The notes under the pieces were generated by a model, which saw only the letters and a list, made by a program, of their open reading frames with translations, had not been told where the DNA came from and searched no databases. From the NCBI GenBank assembly GCA_021613535.1, contig CP075494.1, positions 9,796,001-9,860,000 on the forward strand: DNA of 64,000 bases, in the 5' to 3' direction. The position numbers and the translations under genes were made by a program. Source of the stretch: Adineta vaga (Eukaryota; Animalia; Rotifera). Below are positions 52,369 through 64,000 of this stretch, piece by piece (within the stretch, counting starts at the first letter, position 1; every line of letters begins with the position of its first letter).

Positions 52369-54705
52369 TCATTTTTCTTTCATACGCTCTAAATTGTTTC
52401 GATATTTTTGAAGATCAGGATGACTTGAAGGTAATGAACATTGAGCAATGTGTACAGCACGTTCAAAAGATAAATATGCAGATGAGAAATCATTCAAGTT
52501 TCTATATGTTATACCAAGATTGTTGTAAGTAACACTGAGACTGAGATGATCGGAAGAAAGTGATTCTTGTTGAATTTCTAAAGCTTTCTCGTAAGTTGAA
52601 AGCGCTTTTGAATAGTCACTCATACTATTGTATATTCTGCCGATGTTGTTGTATGATTTTATCAAATCCGAGGGATTTAAATTAGAGGATTGTTGTTGGA
52701 TTTCGAGTACTTTTTCGTAACATATGAGTTCTTGCTTATAATTTTCCATACTTCTATATAAGAGAGCGATGTTTCTGTAGGTTTGTATTAGACGAGGATG
52801 ATTCGAAGAAATTGAATGTTTTTGAATATCAAGAACCTTTTCATACGATGATAGTGCTCGTGAATATTCACCTAATTTACGATATACTATAGCAATGTTG
52901 TTGTAGGACAGAATGAAATCAGGATGATACGAAGGAAGTGATTTTTCTTGCATATCAAGAGCTTTTTCAAAGAAACAAAGCGCTTTTTCATTCTCATCCA
53001 TTTGAGCATATATAATACCATGATTGATATAACATTTCGCTAAATCAGGATGATTCGGAGGATAAGATTGTTGTTTAATTTGAAGAGATTTTTCATGATA
53101 GGAAAGTGCTTTCAAACGATCACGGATCTTTCGATAGACTACGCCCATATTCGTGTAGGAAGCACTTAAAGATGGATGATTCGAAGGAAGTATTGCTTCT
53201 TTGATTTTCAATGCTTTTAAATGATAAGAAAGTGCATCTGAATATTGACCATTATTTTCATATACTGTACCAATATTATTGTAGGAACTTGCTAAACAAA
53301 GATGATCATGTGGAAGTATTTTGAGATAAATATCGATGGATTCTTTATACAATTCAATGGCTTGTTGATATTCTCCTTGATCTTCTTTTGCTTTTCCAAG
53401 TCGATTATAAATTAAACCTTTATCCTTATCATCCATAGTTTGTTCAAGTAACATTCGATAAACTTGTTCTGCCTTGTCGAATTGACCCAGTCGACGTAAT
53501 AATACACCTAAACGAAACCATCCTATGGTTCCTTCTGCTTCTTTTCGAATACTTTCAGTAAGTTGACAAAGATCTTCATCATTATCACTAGTCAATCTTA
53601 AATCTACTTGATAAAGACATTGATCTTCATCGATTGATTTGATATTTTCAACACGAAAAATTGTATGCATAGAAAAGAGAATTTCATCTTCAGTATTTCT
53701 GTAACATCCAACATCTGCGATGGAAGCAAATGGTGTTTTCGATTGAGAAGGATCAATGATTATCACGAAAAGAATACGAATCATATTGGTATTATTGAAT
53801 GTTTGAGAAGCGAATTTAAGTGAAACATGACGATCTTTACTAGTCGATAAGAAATTATTAATCGCCATCAATCTACCTTTGGTATTGATTAGTCGATCAA
53901 AATCTATTTTTGATAAACTTTGACCACGATAAACTGTAAAAGTTTTATTCGAAGTAGAATAGTACGATTGTTTATTGTACAAATATTCGATATGATGATG
54001 TAAATCAACAATAAAAAAACCCATTCTAATAATAATAGTAATATCCATAGTACGAAGTGCATGATTAAGCATACGGTATAAAAAGCATTCGTAAGTATAC
54101 CACCAAATTGGTGTTTGATATCGATAGTTTTCTTCAAATGTTTTGATATTCTGTAATTCATAATCATTATTAGAAAAATATTCTCGACAATAAAGAATAA
54201 ATTCATCAACATGTTTCTTCTCAAAATCAATTGTTAATAAAATCTCTTTAAGAATTTGTGTATACATAAACGAACAATCGAGTTGATTGAGATTCTTTTG
54301 AGAAATATTTTCATTTGTCGATATAAAACTAAGCGAGATAATGTCCTGTTCACATTCATTTGCCAGTTGTTTTAGTCTTTCACAAATAGATGCAATCTCG
54401 GTAAAAATACCTTTGATTTTCGCCCATTCTTCATGTCGTTCTATATCACCACAAAAAATAAAAATCGAATTTATTTGACATAAATCATGAACCCGAGGTA
54501 TAACATACTGTCCAAGTGAACCTGAAATAATCAAACCAATATTTTCATGACTAAGACTTCTAATGAATTCGATGCATTCATCACTGTCAGTGTAAATATG
54601 AATAGGATTAACAATACGTCGTAATTGAACAATCGCGTGCTGAAAATCATCACTATTGTTGTTGATATTGTTATCAAGCCATATGAAAAGTAGATTTTTT
54701 AACAT
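52369..54705 (-). CDS. Intronless pseudo-receiver + mono-ADP-ribosyltransferase (R-S-E) + 9 TPR protein
   Basis: 778-aa ORF; LLFIWLD...IGLIISG receiver-like N-terminus; WWYT...LNHALR, TVYRGQ, FLSTS, EDEILF; about 42-aa HPxLxxxYNNIG TPR repeats. Confidence 0.85.
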   Translation of the reverse strand: MLKNLLFIWLDNNINNNSDDFQHAIVQLRRIVNPIHIYTDSDECIEFIRSLSHENIGLIISGSLGQYVIPRVHDLCQINSIFIFCGDIERHEEWAKIKGIFTEIASICERLKQLANECEQDIISLSFISTNENISQKNLNQLDCSFMYTQILKEILLTIDFEKKHVDEFILYCREYFSNNDYELQNIKTFEENYRYQTPIWWYTYECFLYRMLNHALRTMDITIIIRMGFFIVDLHHHIEYLYNKQSYYSTSNKTFTVYRGQSLSKIDFDRLINTKGRLMAINNFLSTSKDRHVSLKFASQTFNNTNMIRILFVIIIDPSQSKTPFASIADVGCYRNTEDEILFSMHTIFRVENIKSIDEDQCLYQVDLRLTSDNDEDLCQLTESIRKEAEGTIGWFRLGVLLRRLGQFDKAEQVYRMLLEQTMDDKDKGLIYNRLGKAKEDQGEYQQAIELYKESIDIYLKILPHDHLCLASSYNNIGTVYENNGQYSDALSYHLKALKIKEAILPSNHPSLSASYTNMGVVYRKIRDRLKALSYHEKSLQIKQQSYPPNHPDLAKCYINHGIIYAQMDENEKALCFFEKALDMQEKSLPSYHPDFILSYNNIAIVYRKLGEYSRALSSYEKVLDIQKHSISSNHPRLIQTYRNIALLYRSMENYKQELICYEKVLEIQQQSSNLNPSDLIKSYNNIGRIYNSMSDYSKALSTYEKALEIQQESLSSDHLSLSVTYNNLGITYRNLNDFSSAYLSFERAVHIAQCSLPSSHPDLQKYRNNLERMKEK

Positions 54706-55298
54706 ATTTTTATTCGATTGTTGTTCTGTAAATACACTTATTGACGAGATTGTTGCTTGATTATTTCAGCTCTCAATTCTTCTCGTGTGTAGAAGTTCTG
54801 TATTGTCGAATATAGCAAGATACCTTAACAACGTCTTGGTAAGGAAAAGAAAATACTGAAGTGTTTTTTAGTTGAATGGAAGAAAGAAAAGAATTCTTTG
54901 TTAATAAAGGACGACCGTCTCAACTATATTTCTATCTTCCATTACTTATTATGACGTAGTAGAATTTCAAATGTTTAGAAATAGAAAATATCTTACAGAG
55001 GAAAATAGCACTCCTTATTTCAATGAGAACTGCACGCCATTATATCTACTGCAGTATACATATTTTACACGATTAAGATAATGATCATTAATTGAAATTA
55101 CCACCGGTATTATGGGTAACAATTATCAAGACAACGATAAATAATAGTTAGAATTGATTTTAGTATTTTTCGAATATTTATGTAAAAGCTCAGACGATTT
55201 TATTTTAAATTCAGAAATCAATGAGATGAAATGAACTATAGAAGTGAGTAAATCTGCATACGCCATGCAGTTCCAACACCTCAAATAAAAAGAATATT

Positions 55299-55709
55299 TC
55301 ATCGCAAATTAATCGAAGAAGAACTTTTTTTAACTTGTTCATATAGATTTGTAGAAATTTGAGTAATTTTCATATTTGTATTTTCATCTAGATTAACATA
55401 ATAATAGTTCATAAACTGAATTTCTGGTATATCTGGAAGCATTCGTGCAAGACCACCGTACCACACAGTCACATTATTATATATTTTATCAAATTAACAT
55501 ACAACTGAAAGATAATACAATGCTAATCTACAGGCAAGAATTTCTTTGTCCATTACTAAACCGCTTCTACTAGTTTCAATCGTTGAAGATTTTTCTATTT
55601 GTTCTGAATAGAAATTGATAGCCTTCGATACATAATCATTCCTATCATTTTCATCTCCGATATCAAATAAATCCAAACATATATCATTACCTTCCGATTC
55701 AGTAGCCAT
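55299..55709 (-). pseudogene. Interrupted orphan ORF (71 aa, TAA, 64 aa in the same frame)
   Basis: MATESEG...LSVVC*FDKIYNNVTVWYGGLARMLPDIPEIQF...SINLR*; protein-like composition, family not recognised. Confidence 0.4.
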
Positions 55710-56245
55710 CCGTGAAATAGACAGAAACTATTGCAATCGATATATTTACTTGTACAAGTAGAAAATTTTGATCGGTATAAATAACAGAGAAAGATACGAA
55801 TTGTGAAGTATCTCTACGTATGTTATGTATTTATACAGTGTATTGATGCGTGACAAAAACTTTTTGTCTATCTAATTCACTAACCATTGTACGTAGAAAA
55901 TTTTTTATGGGTAAATGTCAACGACGTCTCTTATCATTGTATATCGATTAATCAAATATCATTGACATAACTTTGTACCTAACTTTGTGTTTCATTCAAA
56001 TTTTTCGAAAACTGACTGATCTTTTTTGCGAATGGAAATAACTTTTACGATGAATAGAATACTGAATAGATCATTTTCATTGAGTCTTTTCGATAACTTT
56101 TGTTGTCTTCATCAATCAGAGAAAAAATGAAATAAAAAAAACAATACATATATATATATATGATTAGTTATAATTAAAGGAAAGAACATAAAAAGGATCA
56201 CTATCTAATTACATCTTCTTTCGTCTAGTTGTAATTAACTATATA

Positions 56246-56790
56246 CAGTAAAACCTCTGTTTGTGAATGCCCTTCGGTTCCATCGAGCGAAGTTTGCTTG
56301 TTTTGGCCCTATCCAATATGATCACATCGTGATTCTGAAATTGAAAGCTTTTCTCAGTCCCGACTGCTGTGTAAAACAACCTCGTTAATGTGAACGAGTA
56401 CATGTAATGACGGCTATCCATTGAATATTATCTTATGTATAATTCGTTGTTCTTTGTAAGATGGACGAGAAGAAAATGATTTTTTTCTTCCTATAAATTG
56501 ATACTGGTCAATTTTCAATGATTAAATATAACATACCATCACAATTTAAATCTCAGTTTGAAAGAGAAAATGAACATTACTAACAACAAACAATATAATT
56601 TCTCATGGCAAAGACGGAGGTATAAATTTAACTACCATTCAATGTCGTATCCATCTAGTGTTCGAAGCGGAAATATAGATACACAAATTACTGCAAAACT
56701 AATTTAAATAACAATCTACATCTGAGTTTATAGTATTGAATAAATTAATTTTTAATACTGAAATAGATAGAACAGAGGTTTCATACTTCA
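56246..56790. mobile_element. Possible degenerate pogo/Tc1-mariner-type element remnant
   Basis: TA|CAGTAAAACCTCTGTT left end; only a partial inverted match AACAGAGGTTT at 56771-56781. Confidence 0.35.
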
Positions 56791-58024
56791 ATATTGATAT
56801 TGCAAAAGAAAGATTTTTTTTCGAAATTTTTCGTAATTATATAAAAATGCAGTGCGCGTCTGTATTAGCGATCTATCATACTTTGATTCTTATACACAAC
56901 AGAATAAATTTAAAAAGTTTGTTAGCAGTAATTCTGCAAATATGGAAATACACTGAACTGCCTCATAAGTGATTATCTTACTAATATAAGCGCTTTTTGT
57001 TGGCCATGTTCGTTTTCACACTAGAGAGGTGTGGGTGTCTATGTGTTGTTCTATTTCATTTCATGCCTTTTTTTTTGACTGCCGAAAGTAACAGAAGTAT
57101 TAGGTGTATTCATCGAATCAAAATAAACAACAATCATTCAAGAAATTAATTTGTAATTTAATTTGAAAAATCTTCTTCGTTCAGATTTTAATAACTCGAT
57201 CTTTTGTCACAATAAATTTTTTGTAACAATAGTTGTATTATCAAGGTGAAATCAACGTGTATTTATTTTCAAATAAAATGGCACAGACGGCTAGCATGTG
57301 ATCATAAATATAGTTAGTCATATCTATCTGCGACAATATATAATTCAAATTTGAATAGTTTATATAAAGAAGTCAAGTAAAAGAAACAGAACATCGTATT
57401 TGAAGAGGTAATTTTATATTAATGAATTGTCTGCAGAAAATATATTCTCTAGGAAAAAAAGAATATTTTTTTCGTTCATACCTCTAAATATTAGAAAATT
57501 TAAAGATTTGAAAATTTTTATAGTATGAATTCATTCCTTTGCCTTTCTACATCTGCCAAAAAAAATATCGATTCGTCACAATAATGTTGGAAATTACTTA
57601 TAAATGAGTCATATTTTCTTTAACGTTATATATAAGACTATGATTTGCATAAAGCACCTTCATTTCTTTTCTGTTTTTTTTTAACTTATCAGTCATCAGC
57701 TGTTTATATAAATACTAAACATCTTTCATCGGTAAGCAATCTAACCAATCTCTCAAACATATTCATCCTTTTCGAAAATGTTTCATTCAACACATTAATG
57801 CATTTGAAAAAAGGCTCTCACCAATCATATCAATAACACGATCGTTCGTCCGCCAGTTGTCGCTAGTACTTCCGCTTTGTACTGTATGTTATGTATGCTC
57901 TATAATTCGGACGTATGTATAGAAGTCTCGGGAGCAAATATTCCAAGAAAAAAACATGTCAATTTTTAAATTTCATCTTTTATAGATGATTGTTGTTTAT
58001 TTGATAGATTAGTTTTAACCATGG

Positions 58025-61000
58025 ATGATGGCTGATTTATTTGCTCCCCAACCACCACCTACAAAAAGATTTCGTTCGGGTACGAATGCGAACGATTCTG
58101 GTATGTAAAAATTGATTAATTGTTTTGTTAAATTAAACTTATAAATTCTTTCTATTTCAATAGATTTTGATTTTAAGATGATGACACAAGTCGATGGATA
58201 CGATCCAACGAATACTTCAGATTTATTCGATAATGTTAATGATTTTAATGATCCACTTGATAATACACAACAAACCCCCATAACTCAACAACAAAATCTC
58301 TATCAATCACAAGTACAACAACAGCAGCAACAAAGAATTAATTATATATCCCAACCTCGTCAACAATTATCATCGTATCAAACACCTAATCTACAACGTA
58401 TACCAACAATGCCTACATCCTCAATTGTACGTCCAGCTAATGTTATATCCAATGGTATTCAACAACAAGCAACTATTTATACTCCACAACAAATGATGAA
58501 TACACCTCGACCTGTGTATCCGCGTATGCCAGGACCAATGCAACAACAACAGCAGCAGCAGCAGCAACAACAACAACAACAGCAACAAACAATACCATCT
58601 ACACTTGTTCGACAACAGTATAATCCATCAGGAATGGTTCCTGTCAATCAAAATGTAACACAAATGAGTATTGTGAAAGCAAGTGATCCAAATAATAATA
58701 GTGTATTTGTAACAAATCCACAACAACAACAACAACCAACATTAGTTGGTTTACAATCACAACATACAGTGACACAAGCAAATAAATCGATGTCAACAGG
58801 TTTACCTTCTTTATCACAACAACAATTTCAAATACAACAACCACAAATTCATATGCAACAACAACAACAAAATTCTTTACAATCATATAATATTCGAGTA
58901 CGTTTTCCATTCTTTTTGAATCGATAATATTCATTTCAGTCTCTCTTCTTTCTCTATTTAGACAAATACGATGGATCAAACATCAACAAATCCTTCGAAT
59001 TATATTATTACTACTCAACCTCAACAAACGCTTACTAATGGTCCATCTTCTAATCAAATGAACGTTTCATCTTCAACTAATAATCCTCAACAACATACAG
59101 AAGCACAACGAAAACAATTCATTCAAAAACAGTTGGTTCTTCTACTTCATGCACATAAATGTCAACAACGTGAAAAGCAAACAATCAATGGTGAACCAAC
59201 ACGTCCAAGTACATGTACACTACCACATTGTAGTACAATGAAAAACGTTCTTCAACATATGACAAAATGTAACGATCATAAAACATGTACAGTTCCACAT
59301 TGTGTTACATCACGTCAAATTATTTTACATTGGAAACAATGTAACAATTCTCAGTGTCCAATATGTCAACCATTAAAAACACCGACGACATTAGCGAAAT
59401 TAAATCAACCTACGAATAATCTAAATCCAATTTCCTTATCGCAACAGTTGCAGCAGCAGCAGCAGCAACAACAACAACAACAGCAACAGCAGCAACAACA
59501 GCAATCGATATCAACAGTAGCACCAACCGTCACAGCGATTGCGACAATAATTAATAAAGAATGGCAAAGACGTGTCACACAAGAAATGCGCAATCATCTT
59601 GTACAAAAGATTATAACTGCTTTAATTCCTATAACTGATACAGGTGCAATGCGTGATAAACGTATTATTAATCTAGCTAATTATGCTCGACGTGTTGAAA
59701 GTGAAACATTCGAAGTGGCAAATAATCAAGAAGAATATTTTCATAAATTAGCTGAAAAAATTTATAAAATTCAAAAAGAATTAGAAGATCGAAAAGAGAA
59801 AAAACGTATACAAGATCTCCAATTAACTGCCCAAATATCTTCAACTAATGATTATAATGGTAAAACACATTCAACAATGGATACCATGGCCGGTGAGCAA
59901 GGTCCACCCAATCGTACTGCACCTTTAACTGATTATGGAATATCATCTGCTGCGGGAAATCTTCTTCAACAACACCAAACAATTAAATCAGAACCATTAA
60001 TGATAACAACAAATCGAGCAATGTTAAATAATACTAATAGTAGTTTAACTGCGGGAACATTTTCTGTAACAAATGCACAATCGAATGAAACTTTAAATTT
60101 TCTTTTAAATGGAGTAATGACAGCAGGAAATCAATCTCATGAAATCGATATGATGGATACAACACGAACTACTTTAGATGGATTAAATCAATTTAAAAAT
60201 GAACCATATTCACCAAAAACTACTTTCCAAGTAGGTTATCCTAATACTAAACTCATGGCAAAATAAATTAATATAAGCGAAAGAAAGAATAATCACTTCT
60301 TATAGTTTTCCAATAACTAAGCATTATTTTTATCCATTTGTCATAAAATGCATATATTTTGTTTCTAATCAAATAAATAAATTAACCTATTCGTTTTATT
60401 TTAGTCCACGACCATTAAACAGGAAGAATCTATGGGTGATATGCATTCTTTAAATTCGGCCTCAACAACAGTGATGATAAAACCATATTCGGATTCTTCG
60501 ACAATAAAAGAGGAAACGAAGCCCAAACATCCTCCAATCGATTCATCAAGTAAACAATTATCTAAACATCCCGTTCAATTTAAACCTGAAGAATTACGAG
60601 CACATCTCGAACCAGTTATTCAAAAAATGATTGCATGTGAAGATTCACTTCCATTTCGACAACCGGTTGATCCTGTTGCATTGAATATTTTGGATTATCC
60701 AAATATTGTTAAAAGTCCCATGGATATTTCAACGATGCATAACAAATTAGTAAATGGAGAATATAAAAATCCTTTACAATTTTGTGATGATGCTTGGTTA
60801 ATGTTCAATAATGCTTGGTTGTACAACAAAAAGACGACACGTGTTTATAAAATGTGTACGAAATTATCCGAAGTATTTGCTGATGCAATCGATCCTATTG
60901 TACAAGCATTAGGTTATTGTTGTGGTCGTCAATATGTTTATTTACCACAAGTCATGTTTTGTTATGGAAATCAACTATGTTGTCAAATTCCACGTGATGG

Positions 61001-64000
61001 AAATTATTATTGCTATAACAATCCGGAACCATCACGATTGAATTTATCCGGTGATAAATATACATTTTGTTCGAAATGTTTCGATTCAGTTAAAGGTGAT
61101 TCAATATTTGTCGGTGATGATCCCGCTCAAACATTAGTTGAAGTACCAAAAAATCAATTTCAATCATCTAAAAATGATATACAAGAACCTGAAGCAACTG
61201 TCGATTGTATCGTATGTTCACGTCGTTGGCATCAAGTATGTGCATTACATTTAGATCAAGTATGGCCTGAAGGTTTTATTTGTCAAACATGTATAAGTGA
61301 ACACAATATTAAACGTAAAGATAATCGTTATATATCACCAAAATTAACTGTCACAGATTTAGCATTACGATTAGAACAACGTGTTAATGATTTTCTACGT
61401 ACTGAAGGTTGTCATACAGGTCGTGTGACAATACGAATTTTAGCTGCAAGTGATAAGATTTGTGAAGTGAAACCACGTTTGAAAAAATATTATCCAAATC
61501 AAGTAGCTGATGGTTATCCATATCGAACAAAAGCTATTTTTGCTTTTCAAGAAATTGAAGGCGTTGATGTCGTTTTATTTGGTATGCATGTACAAGAATA
61601 TGATGGACGATGTCAAGCACCAAATACTCGACGTGTTTATGTTTCATATTTGGATTCAGTACATTTCTTTCGACCAAAAGAATATCGAACAGAAGTGTAT
61701 CATGAAATTTTAATTGGATATTTGGATTATGCAAAACAATTGGGTTATGTTTATGCACATATTTGGGCATGTCCACCAAGCGAAGGAGATGACTATATTT
61801 TCCATTGTCATCCACTCGAACAACGTGTACCTAAACCAAAACGTTTACAAGATTGGTATAAGACAATGTTGGACAGAGCTATTTTAGAACGTGTAGTTAT
61901 TGATTATAAGGTAAAGAAGATATTTAATATTGAAAAAAAACTACATATATTTGGTTTTAGGATGTTATGAAAGACTGTCAGGATAATCAAGTGCAAACTG
62001 CATTGAATATTCCATATTTTGAAGGAGACTTTTGGTCGAATATTATTGAAGAAAGTATAAAAGGTATGTGTGTAATTTTTTTTTGAATTAAAATTGAATC
62101 CGAGAAAATTTCTCTTTAGAACTTGATCAAGAAGAAGAAGATCGAAGAAAACAAGAAGTTGAAGCAGCAAGAGCCATGGAAGATGGTGGATTTGATGATC
62201 CTATTGAACCAGAAGATCAAACCGATGTAAATAAATTTTCCTTAAACGAGTATATCTCTATTTTTCATATTGTTTTTCAATAGACATCCGATAAACGTAA
62301 ATCAACTACGACCTATAAAAAGAAGAATTTGAAAAAAACAACATCCAGTCAACGTAAAGTAGCAAAAAAACAAATGTCAAATTGTACTGATTTATTATCG
62401 AAAGTTTTCGCTACTATGGAAAAACATAAAGAGGTAAATATACAAACAAAAATATAGATTTAATAGATATCTATGAAATTCTTTAGGCATTCTTTGTTAT
62501 TCGTCTTCGTAATCCTATTGCATCTTGTCCAGCTGTTAATGATACGGATGCTTTAATTCAGTGTGATTTAATGGATACTCGAGATGCTTTTTTAAATTTT
62601 GCTCGCGATAAACATTATGAATTTTCTTCATTACGTCGTGCCAAATTTTCTACCATGGCTCTTCTCTATGAATTACACACGTCAACAACAGATAAATTTA
62701 CATATAATTGTAATACATGTCGACAACAATGTGAAATACGTTATCATTGTACTGTATGTGAAGATTTTGATCTCTGTGAGAAATGTTATAATATTGAACC
62801 TAAACATGAACATAAAATGGAACGTTCTGTTCCATCAATTGTCGAAGATTGTGATCAAAATTCTTCAAATCCAAATGGTAAATCAATGGCTAGTTCACAA
62901 TTGCAACGCCAACAATCTATGCAACGTTGTATTGAAGCATTATTACATGCTGTTAATTGTCGAAATGCAAATTGTGTTAATCGAAGTTGTTTTCGTTATA
63001 AACGTGTTATACAACATACGAAAGATTGTAAAGGAAAAAATAGTCAATGTAATGTTTGTAAACAAGTGATATTTCTCTGTTGGTATCATGCAAAAAGTTG
63101 TATGGATCAACATTGTCAAGTACCGTTTTGTACGAATTTAAAAACTAAAATACAAAAACAAAGAGCGACTAGCTCACAAACTGATCGACGTCGTATGCAA
63201 GCGATGATGCAACAGAGAACGAGTACAATGCAATCACAGACACAAGGTAAATATTCAGTTTTTCAATTCATATCTATAAGATAGTATCATATTATCATTC
63301 GTATTGAACTTAAATTGCAAAGAAAAAACTCTATCATATATTTTTAGTATCAACCACACCAACTCGTACTGATTCCATATCGAATTCCTCTCATTTATCA
63401 TCCTATGATACGGCTCTAACAAATCAATCAGTAAATAATTCATCGGGTAAACCATCTGTAACACTTATTCGTACACCTCAACAACAAACTAATTGGCATA
63501 ACCAACCACAACCACAACAACAAACATATATTATGGCACAGAAACCAAACACTGGTAAACCAATTAGTAATCTATCTCAACAACAACAACAACAACAACC
63601 ATCCAATGACTTAAGTTTATTAATCAATCGAGTTAAACAAGATCCATCTACTGATGAACAACAACGATCTGACATAAATGATCAAAATAAACAACAACCT
63701 ATGTTTTCACCATTACTAAATAAAACTTCGACTAATCGTTTACCAACTTCAACATACATACAACCACAACAAAATTGGTATTCGTCAACCTCTCAGCAAC
63801 AATTTAATCCGCCATCTAATTTTTCAACTGCCACACGTCCTCGTTATCCATCTGTTATGCCTCAACAAACTCAAAATCAATCATCACCACAAACACTTTT
63901 AGCACCATTAAGACCGAATTCTTCAACTCTACCTCCTACTTATATAACACGAACAAGTTCAACACCAAATTTACCGCGAGCACAATTGATAAGACCTCAT
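58025..64000 (+). CDS. CREBBP: CBP/p300 histone acetyltransferase; runs off the window end
   Basis: MMADLFAPQPPPTKRFR N-terminus; TAZ1 (QLVLLLHAHKC), KIX (RNHLVQK...YFHKLAEKIYKIQKEL), bromodomain, RING/PHD, HAT (YLDSVHFF, HIWACPP, PYFEGDFW), ZZ, TAZ2. Confidence 0.97.
58541..58588 (+). repeat. CAA/CAG polyglutamine tract (16 Q) in CBP
   Basis: Mixed CAA/CAG run, in frame. Confidence 0.9.
59451..59504 (+). repeat. CAG/CAA polyglutamine tract (18 Q) between TAZ1 and KIX
   Basis: Mixed CAG/CAA run, in frame. Confidence 0.9.

Noticed and set aside
58421-59593. Minus-strand ORFs with poly-Leu, poly-Val and poly-Cys runs
   Set aside because: They are antisense shadows of the CBP CAA/CAG tracts

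Overview
AT-rich, gene-dense animal genomic DNA with many short (mostly about 45-65 nt) GT-AG introns. The intron sizes, gene density and an intronless receiver-like/ADP-ribosyltransferase/TPR gene suggest a bdelloid rotifer; this is an inference, not verified. About 26 protein genes are recognisable. Ciliary genes: EFHC1, IFT122, RSPH10B, calcyphosin, each with an X-box-like site upstream. Housekeeping or signalling genes: FAU, ALG14, C1GALT1, DNAJB, a DUSP, SND1, CHIC, TMEM26, CNOT7/8, a Kunitz inhibitor, RRM2, a CAP protein, eIF3m, CBL, ZDHHC3/7, SLC25A15, WDR24 and CBP/p300. Most notable: (1) a tandem trio of about 230-aa secreted helical proteins at 4.4-9.4 kb with LIF/IL-6/Unpaired-like long-chain cytokine architecture, phase-0 introns, a shared 5' motif and gene-conversion mosaics; (2) a pseudo-receiver + R-S-E ADP-ribosyltransferase + 9xTPR gene, plus a decayed relative; (3) several same-strand gene runs spaced about 100-210 bp apart with splice acceptors just before the ATG (candidate trans-spliced operons); (4) a 66-bp hAT MITE with a perfect 8-bp TSD and a 919-bp TA-flanked long-TIR element. 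Exon boundaries were read by eye and family calls come from recalled motifs; no searches were run.
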